A DNA stretch of 64,000 nucleotides from Dehalococcoidia bacterium (GCA_965249225.1 CBDFLT010000007.1:198213-262212); one strand, 5' to 3'. Positions 48,918-57,913 are shown, numbered from the stretch's first letter. Notes: a model not told the origin generated them from the sequence alone. Numbers and translations: made by a program.

Positions 48918-49817
48918 ATGAAAGTCTTTCTCGGCGTCCCGCGGGGCTTCTGCGCGGGGGTAGTAAGGGCGATAGATGTCGTCGAACTGGCGCTGAAGAA
49001 GTTCGGCGCACCGATCTATGTAAAACATCAGATCGTCCACAACCCTTATGTCGTGAAGTCGCTTGAGGACAAGGGCGCCATCACCGTGGAGGATGTGGAG
49101 GAGGTGCCTGAAGGCTCAACCGTGGTCTTTTCGGCGCACGGCTCGCCTCCCGAAGACTTTAGGAAGGCGGAGAACAGAGGCCTGCGCGTAATAGACGCCA
49201 CCTGTCCGCTGGTGACCAAGGTACACAACGAGGCAAAAAAGTACGCCAAGGATGGGCGGAACCTAGTCCTGGTGGGCCACCGTGGACACCAGGAGGTAAA
49301 AGGTTCCATGGGGCAAGCACCCATGTTCCTGGTGGATGACAGGGCGTCGAAGGAGCTGCCCGATTGGGAGCCCGACACCCCGATCGCCGTACTGACGCAG
49401 ACGACTCTTTCGGTGGACGATACCCAGGACTCGATCGATCAGCTCCGCGAGCGCTTCGGCAATGTCGTCGTGCGCAACGACCTTTGCTATGCGACCACGA
49501 ATCGCCAGGCCGCCGTAAAGGAGTTGTGCCGGTGGGTCGACCTGGTCCTTGTCATCGGCGCCCCCAACAGCTCCAACTGCATGCGTCTGCGTGATGTTGC
49601 GGAGGCCAGCGGCGCGACCGCCTATCTCATTAACGGGCCCGAGGAGATGGAGCCCCGATGGCTTGACGGCCTGGAAGCGGTCGGCATCACCTCTGGCGCG
49701 TCCACGCCCGAGCTGCTGGTTCAGGACGTAATTCGGGCCGTCGGGGCCGACGAAGTGGTTGCCATAGAAGGGATCAATGAAGACGTCAGCTTTGTGCTCC
49801 CTGTGGAGCTGAGGTAG
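48918..49817 (+). CDS. ispH: 4-hydroxy-3-methylbut-2-enyl diphosphate reductase
   Basis: PRGFCAGVVRAI...SAHG...DATCPLVTKVH...NSSN conserved Cys and motif set. Confidence 0.93.
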   Translation: MKVFLGVPRGFCAGVVRAIDVVELALKKFGAPIYVKHQIVHNPYVVKSLEDKGAITVEDVEEVPEGSTVVFSAHGSPPEDFRKAENRGLRVIDATCPLVTKVHNEAKKYAKDGRNLVLVGHRGHQEVKGSMGQAPMFLVDDRASKELPDWEPDTPIAVLTQTTLSVDDTQDSIDQLRERFGNVVVRNDLCYATTNRQAAVKELCRWVDLVLVIGAPNSSNCMRLRDVAEASGATAYLINGPEEMEPRWLDGLEAVGITSGASTPELLVQDVIRAVGADEVVAIEGINEDVSFVLPVELR

Positions 49818-49905
49818 CTGATCACTTGATCTTTTGTGGTGGGACCGTGTGGAGGCATCCGGCCACACACCTTTGGATGGACGATCTAAGTCTCGACCGT
49901 GTGAC

Positions 49906-51135
49906 ATGCGCTACGACGTTATAGTTGTTGGAGCTGGCCCCGCAGGAAGCACCGCGGCCCGAGAGTGTGCCGACCGCGGGCTGGACGTGTTGCTGCTCGA
50001 CAAGGCGGAGTTCCCCAGAGACAAGCCCTGCGGGGGAGCTGTCACCATCAATGCGGCACGTCTGCTGCCGTTTGACCTTGGGCCGGTGGTGGAGCGAGAG
50101 GTGTCGAGCATGTGTATAAGTTTGCGCCGGGGGCAGGAATTCACGCGATACTCGCCAGAGCACTTGGTGTTGCTCACGCAACGCTCACGCCTGGATACTT
50201 TCCTTGTGGAGCGTGCTATCGAGTCCGCTGTTACCTTTCGCCAGCGTGCGCCCGTCCGGGAGGTCCTGCGGTACCCGTCACACGTGGTCGTCCGGGCGGG
50301 ACGTGAATCGTTCGAGGGGAGTACCCTTGTGGCCGCTGATGGAGCCAATGGGATGACCGCTAAGTTGTCTGGCTTGACGATGAACATTTGCCATGGAATC
50401 GCTCTTGAGGGGAACATTACGCCGCCCAATGGCTTTCCCGAGAAGTGGGAACAGGCCATCGGCCTAGACCTGGGAGACCTTCCCGGCGGGTACGGCTGGA
50501 TATTCCCCAAAGGGGACCATCTCAATATCGGAATCGGCGGTTGGCGATACGTGGCGCCCAAGCTCCGTGAACGCCTGGACGGGTTGGTTGACTCCTACGG
50601 CTACGATCCGAAGGGCCTGTGGGGCCTGCGGGGTTACCACCTGCCGATTCGATATCAGGACTCGGCGTTCGTTGACGGCAACGTACTGGTCGTTGGTGAT
50701 GCTGCCGGCCTGATCGACCCGATGACAGGCGAGGGTATCACCATGGCTTTCAAGAGTGGACGTATAGCCGCTGAGCACCTGGCTGACTATCTATCCAACG
50801 GGGCTAGGGACCTTCAGGGGTATGCCCGCGGCCTTGAACGAGAAGTACTGCCCGACCTCGCGGTCTCACGTAAGCTTCATGATCTGTTTCACCTTAGTCC
50901 GGGCCTGTTCATCGGGATCGAACGAAGAACTTCGATCCTATGGAAAGGCGTCCGCAACCTCCTGCTCGGCACACAGACGTACTGGGGAATCAGAGGAAGG
51001 TTTGGGTTGATCTGGACGGTCGTGGAGTTCGTCTCCGATCTAGTGCGGACCACGCCGAGCCTACAGCGTAAGGCCGGCCTGCGAGACCCGGCCCCGCCGG
51101 AGCGGTTCTTCCTCGGGAGTACCCGGCATAGGTGA
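49906..51135 (+). CDS. geranylgeranyl reductase family FAD-dependent oxidoreductase
   Basis: YDVIVVGAGPAGSTAARECA...PCGG...GDAAGLIDPMTGEGI. Confidence 0.8.
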   Translation: MRYDVIVVGAGPAGSTAARECADRGLDVLLLDKAEFPRDKPCGGAVTINAARLLPFDLGPVVEREVSSMCISLRRGQEFTRYSPEHLVLLTQRSRLDTFLVERAIESAVTFRQRAPVREVLRYPSHVVVRAGRESFEGSTLVAADGANGMTAKLSGLTMNICHGIALEGNITPPNGFPEKWEQAIGLDLGDLPGGYGWIFPKGDHLNIGIGGWRYVAPKLRERLDGLVDSYGYDPKGLWGLRGYHLPIRYQDSAFVDGNVLVVGDAAGLIDPMTGEGITMAFKSGRIAAEHLADYLSNGARDLQGYARGLEREVLPDLAVSRKLHDLFHLSPGLFIGIERRTSILWKGVRNLLLGTQTYWGIRGRFGLIWTVVEFVSDLVRTTPSLQRKAGLRDPAPPERFFLGSTRHR

Positions 51136-51345
51136 GAGGCGCCTCCACGGTCGCGTTTCCCGGCGTCGGCCCAACATCTGGTGCATCATACCCGCCTCAA
51201 GGCCCCATTGCTCCTCGACATCCCTCTTAGCGGGATTCAAGCTGTTTACCCTCAAGGGTCGTTTCGATATTCATTTTGGCATCGGGCTAGGGTGCTCATC
51301 TCCAGACAGACAGGGATTTTGCTATAGCCCGTGGAGAGTTCTTAG

Positions 51346-52038
51346 ATGGAAGTAGTTTTGCGCAGCCTTGTGGAAGGCGCGCGCGAGGCGTCCGGCACAG
51401 TCATCGTCGTTGATGTATTCAGGTGCTTTACTACCGCGGCCGTGGCCTTTGCCCGTGGCGCCGACAAGATTGTCATGGTGGCCGAGGTGGACGAGGCGCT
51501 GGAGCTCCGCCGGCGGGGTGTTGGTGAGCTGTGCATGGGCGAGGTGGGCGGAATGCGGCCGGAAGGGTTTGACTACGGCAACTCACCGACCGAGCTTTCA
51601 CACGCCGATGTCGAGGGCAAGACGCTAATACAGTCGACGCGCGCGGGAACCGTGGGGATTACCGCCGTCCGCAACGCCGACCGGATTTACGGAGCCGCTC
51701 TGGTGATTGCCGAGGCCACAGCACGGGCGGTGGAGCGCCGCAACCCTGAGCTGGTAACTATCGTAGCGATGGGGGCCGAGGGAAAGGTGCGCTCAGACGA
51801 AGACGAGCAATGCGCCCTCTACTTGAAGAACATCTTGCGAGGACGGCGGCCAGACCGCGACGCGGTGCGCAAGCTGGTGCTTGTAGGGGAGGAGTCTCAG
51901 AAGTACGGTGATCCGGCACGGCCCCACTTTCCGCCGAGCGACAGGGAGATGGCTCTCCAGATCGACAGTATGCCCTTCGCAGTGGCCATATCCTGCGAAG
52001 ATGGATTTCTGGTCGCCAGGCGGGAGCCAATCGGATAG
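51346..52038 (+). CDS. comB: 2-phosphosulfolactate phosphatase (ComB) family protein
   Basis: VIVVDVFRCFTTAAVAF..GA..I....E...GNSP pattern of the ComB family. Confidence 0.7.
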   Translation: MEVVLRSLVEGAREASGTVIVVDVFRCFTTAAVAFARGADKIVMVAEVDEALELRRRGVGELCMGEVGGMRPEGFDYGNSPTELSHADVEGKTLIQSTRAGTVGITAVRNADRIYGAALVIAEATARAVERRNPELVTIVAMGAEGKVRSDEDEQCALYLKNILRGRRPDRDAVRKLVLVGEESQKYGDPARPHFPPSDREMALQIDSMPFAVAISCEDGFLVARREPIG

Positions 52039-52060
52039 ACTTGATGTCGAGGGGTCAGAG

Positions 52061-54031
52061 CTAGGGCTCCGGCTCGGGTCGGCGTCTTGACCTGCTAATC
52101 ATCGGCCAGACTAACGCGCCCGCCAGGACCAGCAGGCCGACGATCAATAGATTGCGGCTCGAAGCGACGATGCCCGATGCGAATCTGTCGGCCACGGACT
52201 CCGTCACGTCCGCCACTTTGTCGATGAGCAGCTTCTTAGTGTCCTGGAACTCGGGATCGAAGTCGATGTTGTCGTTGAGTTCCTCGCGGGCATCCTCAAT
52301 AGCGTCATCGGCGAACGCGCCGTAAACCGGGCCGGAACCTATCAGGATCAGCACCGACGAAATCGACAGGAGTATGGAGGCCCAAATGGTGCGGCCTCGC
52401 CAGCCCCTGCCGCCCAGAAACCCGATTATCACCAGCAGCAGGACCGCGGGTGCGTAAACCACCCAACGGAACGTGCGAGCGCGGTCGAAATACCCTCGTC
52501 CTCGTTCCAAGTCTCCTGATTTGCGAACCTCGATGACATCCCCTCCACCATCCGATTTACGAAACGCGGGGATATCCTCTCTCAGGTCCCCGTCCGTGTA
52601 AGTCCATCCGTTGGCGAGGAACGCCCGGACATCATCGAGGATTTCCACGTTATCCTCTCCGTCCAGGCCCCGAAGGTCTTCGCGGAGGTCCTGGTCGGTG
52701 TAGGTCCAGCCGTCCCTGAGCAGCTCTCTGACGTCGTCGATCCTATCGATATTGTCCACGGCACCGCTCACCACGAGCGTTTCCCGCAGGTCGTCGCTGG
52801 TGAAGCTGATGCGGCTGGGGATCAATCCATGGATGATATGGTCCACGTCCGTGCCAACTCGAAACATGAGCTCGCTAAGGACACGGTCTCGGTCGATGAT
52901 TGAAGGGACGCAAAGCGGAAGCCCGAGTACGCGAATTTGCTCCTGGAAAGCGGACAGGTCACTCAGGGTGAGATCGGCGCCGCACTCTGGCAGCGCGCTG
53001 ACGGCCTCCTCGAACCCGGTGGCTACCAGGTCCGCTATGAGCCTGCTGGCCAGTGTCCTGTTTTCTTCCAGGGAGATGTCGATGGTGAAGCTCTCCACCT
53101 TGCCGGTCAGGTATGGGCCGGCATTGTCGATGATTCCCTCGGCTTGCTCCTGCACCCACTCGACGGGCGCCACCTCCCGCAAGGCCGACACAAGGTCCTC
53201 TTCCCTTACGGAGATGCCCGACGGCAGGTCGACCGCCCCACCGACCACCTCAAAGAGCACAGGCCCTACTACTTCGTCGTACAACAGGTCGTAGGCATTG
53301 GTCTCTCTGAGGAGGGCCTTGATTTCCTCCAGGGCGATCTCCACGCGATCGGCGAGCTGTACGGAGATCTCCATGGAGTCCTGCCTCCCCACCATGTAGG
53401 CTGTCCCTTCGTCTAAGGCGCTCTCCACTTGTTCCCGCACCCATTCGGGTGGAGCAACTATTCTCGCGGACGACACCAGACGCTCAATGGATACCTCCAC
53501 GCCCAGCGGGAGACTTTCGGTCACAGCCTCGTCGATGAACGGAGTTACGACCTCCTCGTACAGGATGTTGTAGGCGTCGGCCTTCAGTAGAAGCGCCTTT
53601 ATCTCATCCACCAGTATCTCCGCCCGGTCGCCGGCGCGCACGTTGAACTGGAACTCGTCCCGCTCTGCGGTCAAGAACCGTCCGAGTTGGTCGGATGCCT
53701 GTTCCGCTAGCTCTTGCAACCATTCGGGGGGTATGGCGCGGTTTATTGAGGCGACGATCTCCTCTGTGGTGAGCCGCGATTCGACGATGGGGTTGATGTC
53801 CAAGTCCTCGAATACGCCCTCGCCGGGTCTCACCTTACGCGCGTCGTCGATGGCCGACGTCAGGAGGTCCACGAGGACGAACTCATAGGCGTCGGCTTTA
53901 TCCAGCTCTTCGGTGTAGAAGTCGGGATCCAGAAACGTGTTGTTAGCTTCCAAGATGGCCAGCGCCGCGAATAGCAGCACGAAGAAGACCAGGCCCAGCG
54001 GGATAGTAATTAGCCTGCGAATCCAGATCAT
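52061..54031 (-). CDS. large membrane-anchored protein with internal repeats (function unknown)
   Basis: N-terminal TM helix (IWIRRLITIPLGLVFFVLLFAALAIL) and C-terminal TM helices. There are three ~95-aa repeats (..DAY.(I/L)LY.EVV...PPEWV.EQ....) and two ~30-aa DDVRxxLxxGWTYTDxDLRED repeats. Start at ATG 54031. Confidence 0.7.
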   Translation of the reverse strand: MIWIRRLITIPLGLVFFVLLFAALAILEANNTFLDPDFYTEELDKADAYEFVLVDLLTSAIDDARKVRPGEGVFEDLDINPIVESRLTTEEIVASINRAIPPEWLQELAEQASDQLGRFLTAERDEFQFNVRAGDRAEILVDEIKALLLKADAYNILYEEVVTPFIDEAVTESLPLGVEVSIERLVSSARIVAPPEWVREQVESALDEGTAYMVGRQDSMEISVQLADRVEIALEEIKALLRETNAYDLLYDEVVGPVLFEVVGGAVDLPSGISVREEDLVSALREVAPVEWVQEQAEGIIDNAGPYLTGKVESFTIDISLEENRTLASRLIADLVATGFEEAVSALPECGADLTLSDLSAFQEQIRVLGLPLCVPSIIDRDRVLSELMFRVGTDVDHIIHGLIPSRISFTSDDLRETLVVSGAVDNIDRIDDVRELLRDGWTYTDQDLREDLRGLDGEDNVEILDDVRAFLANGWTYTDGDLREDIPAFRKSDGGGDVIEVRKSGDLERGRGYFDRARTFRWVVYAPAVLLLVIIGFLGGRGWRGRTIWASILLSISSVLILIGSGPVYGAFADDAIEDAREELNDNIDFDPEFQDTKKLLIDKVADVTESVADRFASGIVASSRNLLIVGLLVLAGALVWPMISRSRRRPEPEP

Positions 54032-54284
54032 GGTTTCTACTTTAGCCCAGAGGCCGAGGTTAGGCAACGATGATCCCACAGGCGATGAATGGGCGCCACA
54101 TCAATCGCATGCTCAAGTTGAGCCACGGCGGCGGACCCATGACCGGGAGTCGGGTGTAATGATAAGGGTCGTGAGGCTGCTGAATGGGGGGTCGTAGACA
54201 ACACCCAAGCATGGTTCTGGTGGGACGGCCCCAGAGCCAGGTTAACGGATAAGGGAGGTTGCCGATCGGAGTGCGGTTGGAGGA

Positions 54285-55046
54285 CTACACAGGCTTACTG
54301 AGCTGCTCCTCCTCCCATTCGTTGTCCACGTCCCCGGCGTAGAACCTTTCGGGGTGCTCGACCGACATCATCTGCACGCGGATGATGTAGTTGTCGGGGT
54401 CCAGCTTGACGCCCTTGCGCCACTCGGCCATGGCCTCATCCAACTTGCCGGCCCGATAGAGATCGAGTCCCTTCTGGTAGAAGGTATTCGACTGGGAGTG
54501 GTTGGGTCCCAGGTCCGTACTCTCTTGGCCGTTGGTCCCGTCCAGGCTGCCGCCGGTGGCCCAGTTCTCCACAACCGCCTTGGTGTCGGCGTTCCAGACC
54601 TCGAACGAGGCCAGCTCCTTGTACTGAACGGTCCCGCGCTCGTCGATCAGAAAGCCGTTGGGTACGGCCTTGAAGCCATAAAGCCGGCCCAGCAGGTTCT
54701 CCTCGTCTACGACGGTGGTGAAGGTGACTCCAGCCCTCTCAACGTATGGCCGTGCTCTGTCGGCGCCCTGGGCGTCTACGGCCACCGAGAGGACCTCAAC
54801 GCCGCTGTCCTTGTGCTTCTCGTAAAACTGCTGCCATACAGGCAGCTGCTCGCGGCAGCTTCACCAGGAGGCCCATGTAAAGAGGACCACTCTCTTGCCC
54901 CGGTAGTCCGAGAGGCTCACCCGGTCTCCGTTGAGAGAGGGAAGGGTGAAGTCGGGGGCCTCGTCGCCTACGTTTACAACGCCCGATATAAGTGTCGTTA
55001 TTTCATACCTCGCTTGCGGTCCAGATTCCGGTCCGACCGGAGCCAA
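54285..55046 (-). CDS. TlpA/redoxin-like thiol-disulfide oxidoreductase with C-terminal TPR-like segment and in-frame UGA in the active site (putative selenoprotein)
   Basis: Track ORFs 54861..55046 and 54285..54785 are in the same frame and joined by the TGA at 54863-54861: ...[35 protein letters not shown]-[U][29 protein letters not shown]... The only in-frame start before APDF is TTG 55046. Confidence 0.6.
54825..54851 (-). promoter_or_regulatory. SECIS-like stem-loop downstream of the redoxin UGA
   Basis: GAGCA-GCTGCC-[UGUAU]-GGCAGC-AGUUU. The core is 6 bp with a flanking extension, and the apical loop lies at +21..+25 from the UGA. Confidence 0.4.
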
Positions 55047-55055
55047 CGGCCCCGG
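55037..55055 (-). promoter_or_regulatory. SECIS-like stem-loop downstream of the glutaredoxin-like UGA
   Basis: CCGGGGC-[CGUUG]-GCUCCGG is a 7-bp stem including one G-U pair. The loop starts at +17 from the UGA. The stem-loop overlaps the TTG start of the next gene. Confidence 0.4.
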
Positions 55056-55283
55056 CTAGAAGCTTCAACCGACCCCGTGAAAGCCGACGGTGACCTGGTC
55101 TCCCTCGACCATGACCGGCGTAATCCTCTCGCCGTCGGTCAGCTTCTCAACCGTGGCCCATTCTTCGGGATTGAGGGAGAGGTCGATGGCGTCGTACTCC
55201 GTTTCCGCCTCATCCAACTCACCTTGAAGAGCAGCAGAGTACGAGCAGTCCGGGTGGGTATATACGACAATCCTGTTGGCCAT
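55056..55283 (-). CDS. glutaredoxin/NrdH-like small redox protein ending ...GVG-U-S-F-stop (putative Uxx-star type selenoprotein)
   Basis: MANRIVVYTHPDCSYSAALQGELDEAETEYDAIDLSLNPEEWATVEKLTDGERITPVMVEGDQVTVGFHGVG. This is followed by TGA (55067-55065), AGC, TTC and TAG (55058-55056). The N-terminal motif is C-S-Y-S rather than CxxC. Confidence 0.55.
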
Positions 55284-55411
55284 CCATACCCCTAGTTATG
55301 GGATTGACCGGAAATCCTCAGAATGATTAAAGACTGACTCTTATTCTAAATGATCTGGACCATCCCCTGCAAAGAGACCCTAGTGGAGTGAGGTATCTGG
55401 AGGCGGTTGAT

Positions 55412-55487
55412 TGGTGGAGATAGGGGGACTCGAACCCCCAACCTCGGCATTGCGAACGCCGCGCTCTCCCAGTTGAGCTATATCCCC
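55412..55487 (-). tRNA. tRNA-Ala (anticodon CGC), CCA encoded
   Basis: Hand-folded cloverleaf: GGGGATA-TA-GCTC-AACTGGGA-GAGC-G-CGGCG-TTCGCAA-TGCCG-AGGTT-GGGGG-TTCGAGT-CCCCC-TATCTCC-A-CCA. The G3:U70 alanine identity pair is present. Length 76 nt. Confidence 0.9.
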
Positions 55488-55506
55488 ACGTCAGGAGCTT
55501 AACCCG

Positions 55507-55536
55507 ATTATATAGACGCCGCTGATTTTGTGTCAA
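55507..55536 (-). promoter_or_regulatory. sigma70-like promoter for tRNA-Ala (TTGACA-18 nt-TATAAT)
   Basis: Plus-strand tgtcaa at 55531-55536 and attata at 55507-55512, about 20 nt upstream of the mature tRNA 5' end. Confidence 0.5.
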
Positions 55537-55719
55537 TTTGTCGAACGGCGTCTTGTTCGGATAAAAGCTGCGCGGGCAACGCCTTCGTTGTGGTCCACCC
55601 TCCCGATCGTGACGATGCGGGCGAATGGCGTGGGTGACCGGATGTGATGTACACTCGATACCGGGTCCAGAACCGGTGTGGTCCGAGGCCGATCCGGCGC
55701 CGTGGGGCCACAGAGGAAA

Positions 55720-56634
55720 ATGCCGTCGATGCCGAAATACCGCCACCTGATCAGTACCGCGCAGCTAGACAGGGCCTGGATGGAATCGGAGCTGTTCCCA
55801 AGATGTCAGCGGCTTCAGGAGGCCAAGAAGCTGGAGCCTGTCCTGAGTGGGCGGGCGCTGTACTGCCTCTTCTATGAACCCAGCTTCCTAACGCGGACCT
55901 CTTTCGAGCGCGCCATCGGGCTTCTCGGTGGCGAAGCATATCACACGGAGGATGCGTCCCAGTTCTTCCCGGTAACGACGCCCAACTACGTCGACAACAT
56001 CATCTCTATCCTGGCCAGCCTCCATATCGACCTGGTTGTGCTCCGCAGCAGCGACCACGGCGTAATCCAGACGGCCGAGAAGGCCGACGCGCTTCCGGTC
56101 ATCAACGGAGGCAGTCTGGACGATCATCCAACGCAGGCCTTGGCGGATATTTACACCCTTCAGCGGGAGCTGGGTGGGGTGGATGCGATCCGGATTGCCA
56201 TCGTTGGACGGCTTGAACACCGCAACGTCAGCGCTTTGCTGAAGGCGCTGACCATGTTCAAAAACGTCAAGGTGCTCCTGGTCCCGTTCAGCGGCCAGGT
56301 GGACCCGGATGTGGCGAACTACTGCGAGGGCAGGGGCTTAGAGTTGGTCGTCGCCGAGGCCGTAGACGCTCTGGCGGACGTCGATGCCATATACCTCAAC
56401 AGCCCACGCACGTTGGCCCACGTTCAGCTGCTGAAGTCCCGGAACGCGTTTAACCTGCGGATCGACGAGGAGTTCATGTCAGCCCTCAAGCCTCACTGCG
56501 TCATCCTGGACCCGATGCAGAGGAGCGGAGACTTCGACGTGGATGTGCGGGACGATCGTCTGGCATTCTATCGCCAGGCGGAGAACGCTTTGTATGTCAG
56601 AATGGCGGTGCTGAACCAGATGCTGGCGGGTTAG
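55720..56634 (+). CDS. aspartate/ornithine carbamoyltransferase-family protein with degenerate catalytic motifs
   Basis: Family fold signatures FYEPSFLTRTSFE and DDHPTQALAD. STRTR is replaced by SFLTR and HPLP by DPMQ. Confidence 0.65.
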   Translation: MPSMPKYRHLISTAQLDRAWMESELFPRCQRLQEAKKLEPVLSGRALYCLFYEPSFLTRTSFERAIGLLGGEAYHTEDASQFFPVTTPNYVDNIISILASLHIDLVVLRSSDHGVIQTAEKADALPVINGGSLDDHPTQALADIYTLQRELGGVDAIRIAIVGRLEHRNVSALLKALTMFKNVKVLLVPFSGQVDPDVANYCEGRGLELVVAEAVDALADVDAIYLNSPRTLAHVQLLKSRNAFNLRIDEEFMSALKPHCVILDPMQRSGDFDVDVRDDRLAFYRQAENALYVRMAVLNQMLAG

Positions 56635-56698
56635 ACCTGACGCTGCGGTTTCACCGAAGGGCTTGGTCCTACCCTGGTGCCAAGGTGGCCCGCGATGC

Positions 56699-57913
56699 TC
56701 AAGAGGCCCTGACACCCGCCATACGTGCCAGGAACGGTACTACCGCTGGACTGAGCGACCTAAGTACCGGTCCAAGCATCTTGTGGCGTACAGCCTTGAG
56801 AATGAAGGCGCTGTGCCAGTCGAAAGAGAAGTCCTGGGCGTTAACTAGCTCCTCTTGTACCTCTTCAGTGAGGAACGCGCTGAGAAGGCGTTCGATCTGC
56901 TGGTCTCCTAGCACTTCGTAGAGTCTGCGGGCGTAGTAGCCTATCCAAAGCTCTTTACCTATCGCCGCCTTCCACTGTGACTCATACCGTTTGAGCTGTC
57001 TGGCCGACAGGTCGTCCGAGCGCAACGCCTCGCCCGCACTTTCCGCCGCAATTTCCCCTGAGATGAGGGCATAGTAGATGCCTCCGCCCGTGGTGGGCTT
57101 GACGAACCCCGCTGCATCGCCAACCACCAGGACTCTGTCTCCGTAGGTCTTTGGGAGGGGCTTTAGTGGAATGCCCCACTGCTTTGGCTTCTCCACCAGG
57201 TCCCGTACCTTGCCTTTCGATTGAAGCGTACGCTGGAAGCTGTCAATGTGGCCGTGGCCGTTGAGCTTTTGTCGTGTAACCAGTCCCATTAGAGCGCGCG
57301 AATCCGGCAGCGGCACAAGCCAGCCGAAGGAGCCCGGAGAAATCGACTGTCCTAGGTACACTTCCGTGTCGACCAGCTCGTGAGCGGCGACCATGGCTTG
57401 AGATCCCATCATGAAATCGAGGTTGCCGCGGTTTCGGAGTCCTACCATTCGGACTAGAGGGGAGCCGAACCCGGAGGCCAGTATTACCATTCTCGCCTTG
57501 AGTGACTGGTGGCCGTCTTCGCCCGAGCAACGCACCTCCACATCGGTGCCCGATAAGCTGATGCTGGTGACACGGACGCCAAGTCGGTAGTCCGCTCCGG
57601 CGTCTAGGGCCTGGTTCGCCAGCGACTCCACAAATGCAACCCGATTGATGATATAGGCCTGGGGCTGCCCCTTGGCGATTTTGAAGCTCTTTCCAAATGG
57701 CGACACAAGGGTGGCGGAGCTGGCCGGCGCCAGGATATCCCTTTGATCGGGGGGGAAACGCTCGAAGCACTCTCTGCCTATTATGCCGGTGCACAGTTTG
57801 TCCCCGACTTTTCTCCGAGAGTCCAAGACCGTGACGCTGTGTCCAAGGCTCGATAGTCTGTGGGCGGCCATGTTGCCCGCTGGCCCGGCTCCTATTACGA
57901 TGACGTCATGCAA
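56699..57913 (-). CDS. geranylgeranyl reductase family FAD-dependent oxidoreductase (second paralog)
   Basis: HDVIVIGAGPAGNMAAHRL...LCTGIIG...GDAAGFVKPTTGGGIYYA. Confidence 0.8.
   Translation of the reverse strand: MHDVIVIGAGPAGNMAAHRLSSLGHSVTVLDSRRKVGDKLCTGIIGRECFERFPPDQRDILAPASSATLVSPFGKSFKIAKGQPQAYIINRVAFVESLANQALDAGADYRLGVRVTSISLSGTDVEVRCSGEDGHQSLKARMVILASGFGSPLVRMVGLRNRGNLDFMMGSQAMVAAHELVDTEVYLGQSISPGSFGWLVPLPDSRALMGLVTRQKLNGHGHIDSFQRTLQSKGKVRDLVEKPKQWGIPLKPLPKTYGDRVLVVGDAAGFVKPTTGGGIYYALISGEIAAESAGEALRSDDLSARQLKRYESQWKAAIGKELWIGYYARRLYEVLGDQQIERLLSAFLTEEVQEELVNAQDFSFDWHSAFILKAVRHKMLGPVLRSLSPAVVPFLARMAGVRAS

Noticed and set aside
55513-55555. Hairpin GACGCCG...CGGCGTC near the tRNA-Ala promoter, considered as a possible terminator or selC-like RNA.
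   Set aside because: Its 24-nt loop contains the -35 box of the tRNA promoter. It has no T-tract and no tRNA-Sec-like long variable arm or UCA anticodon context.
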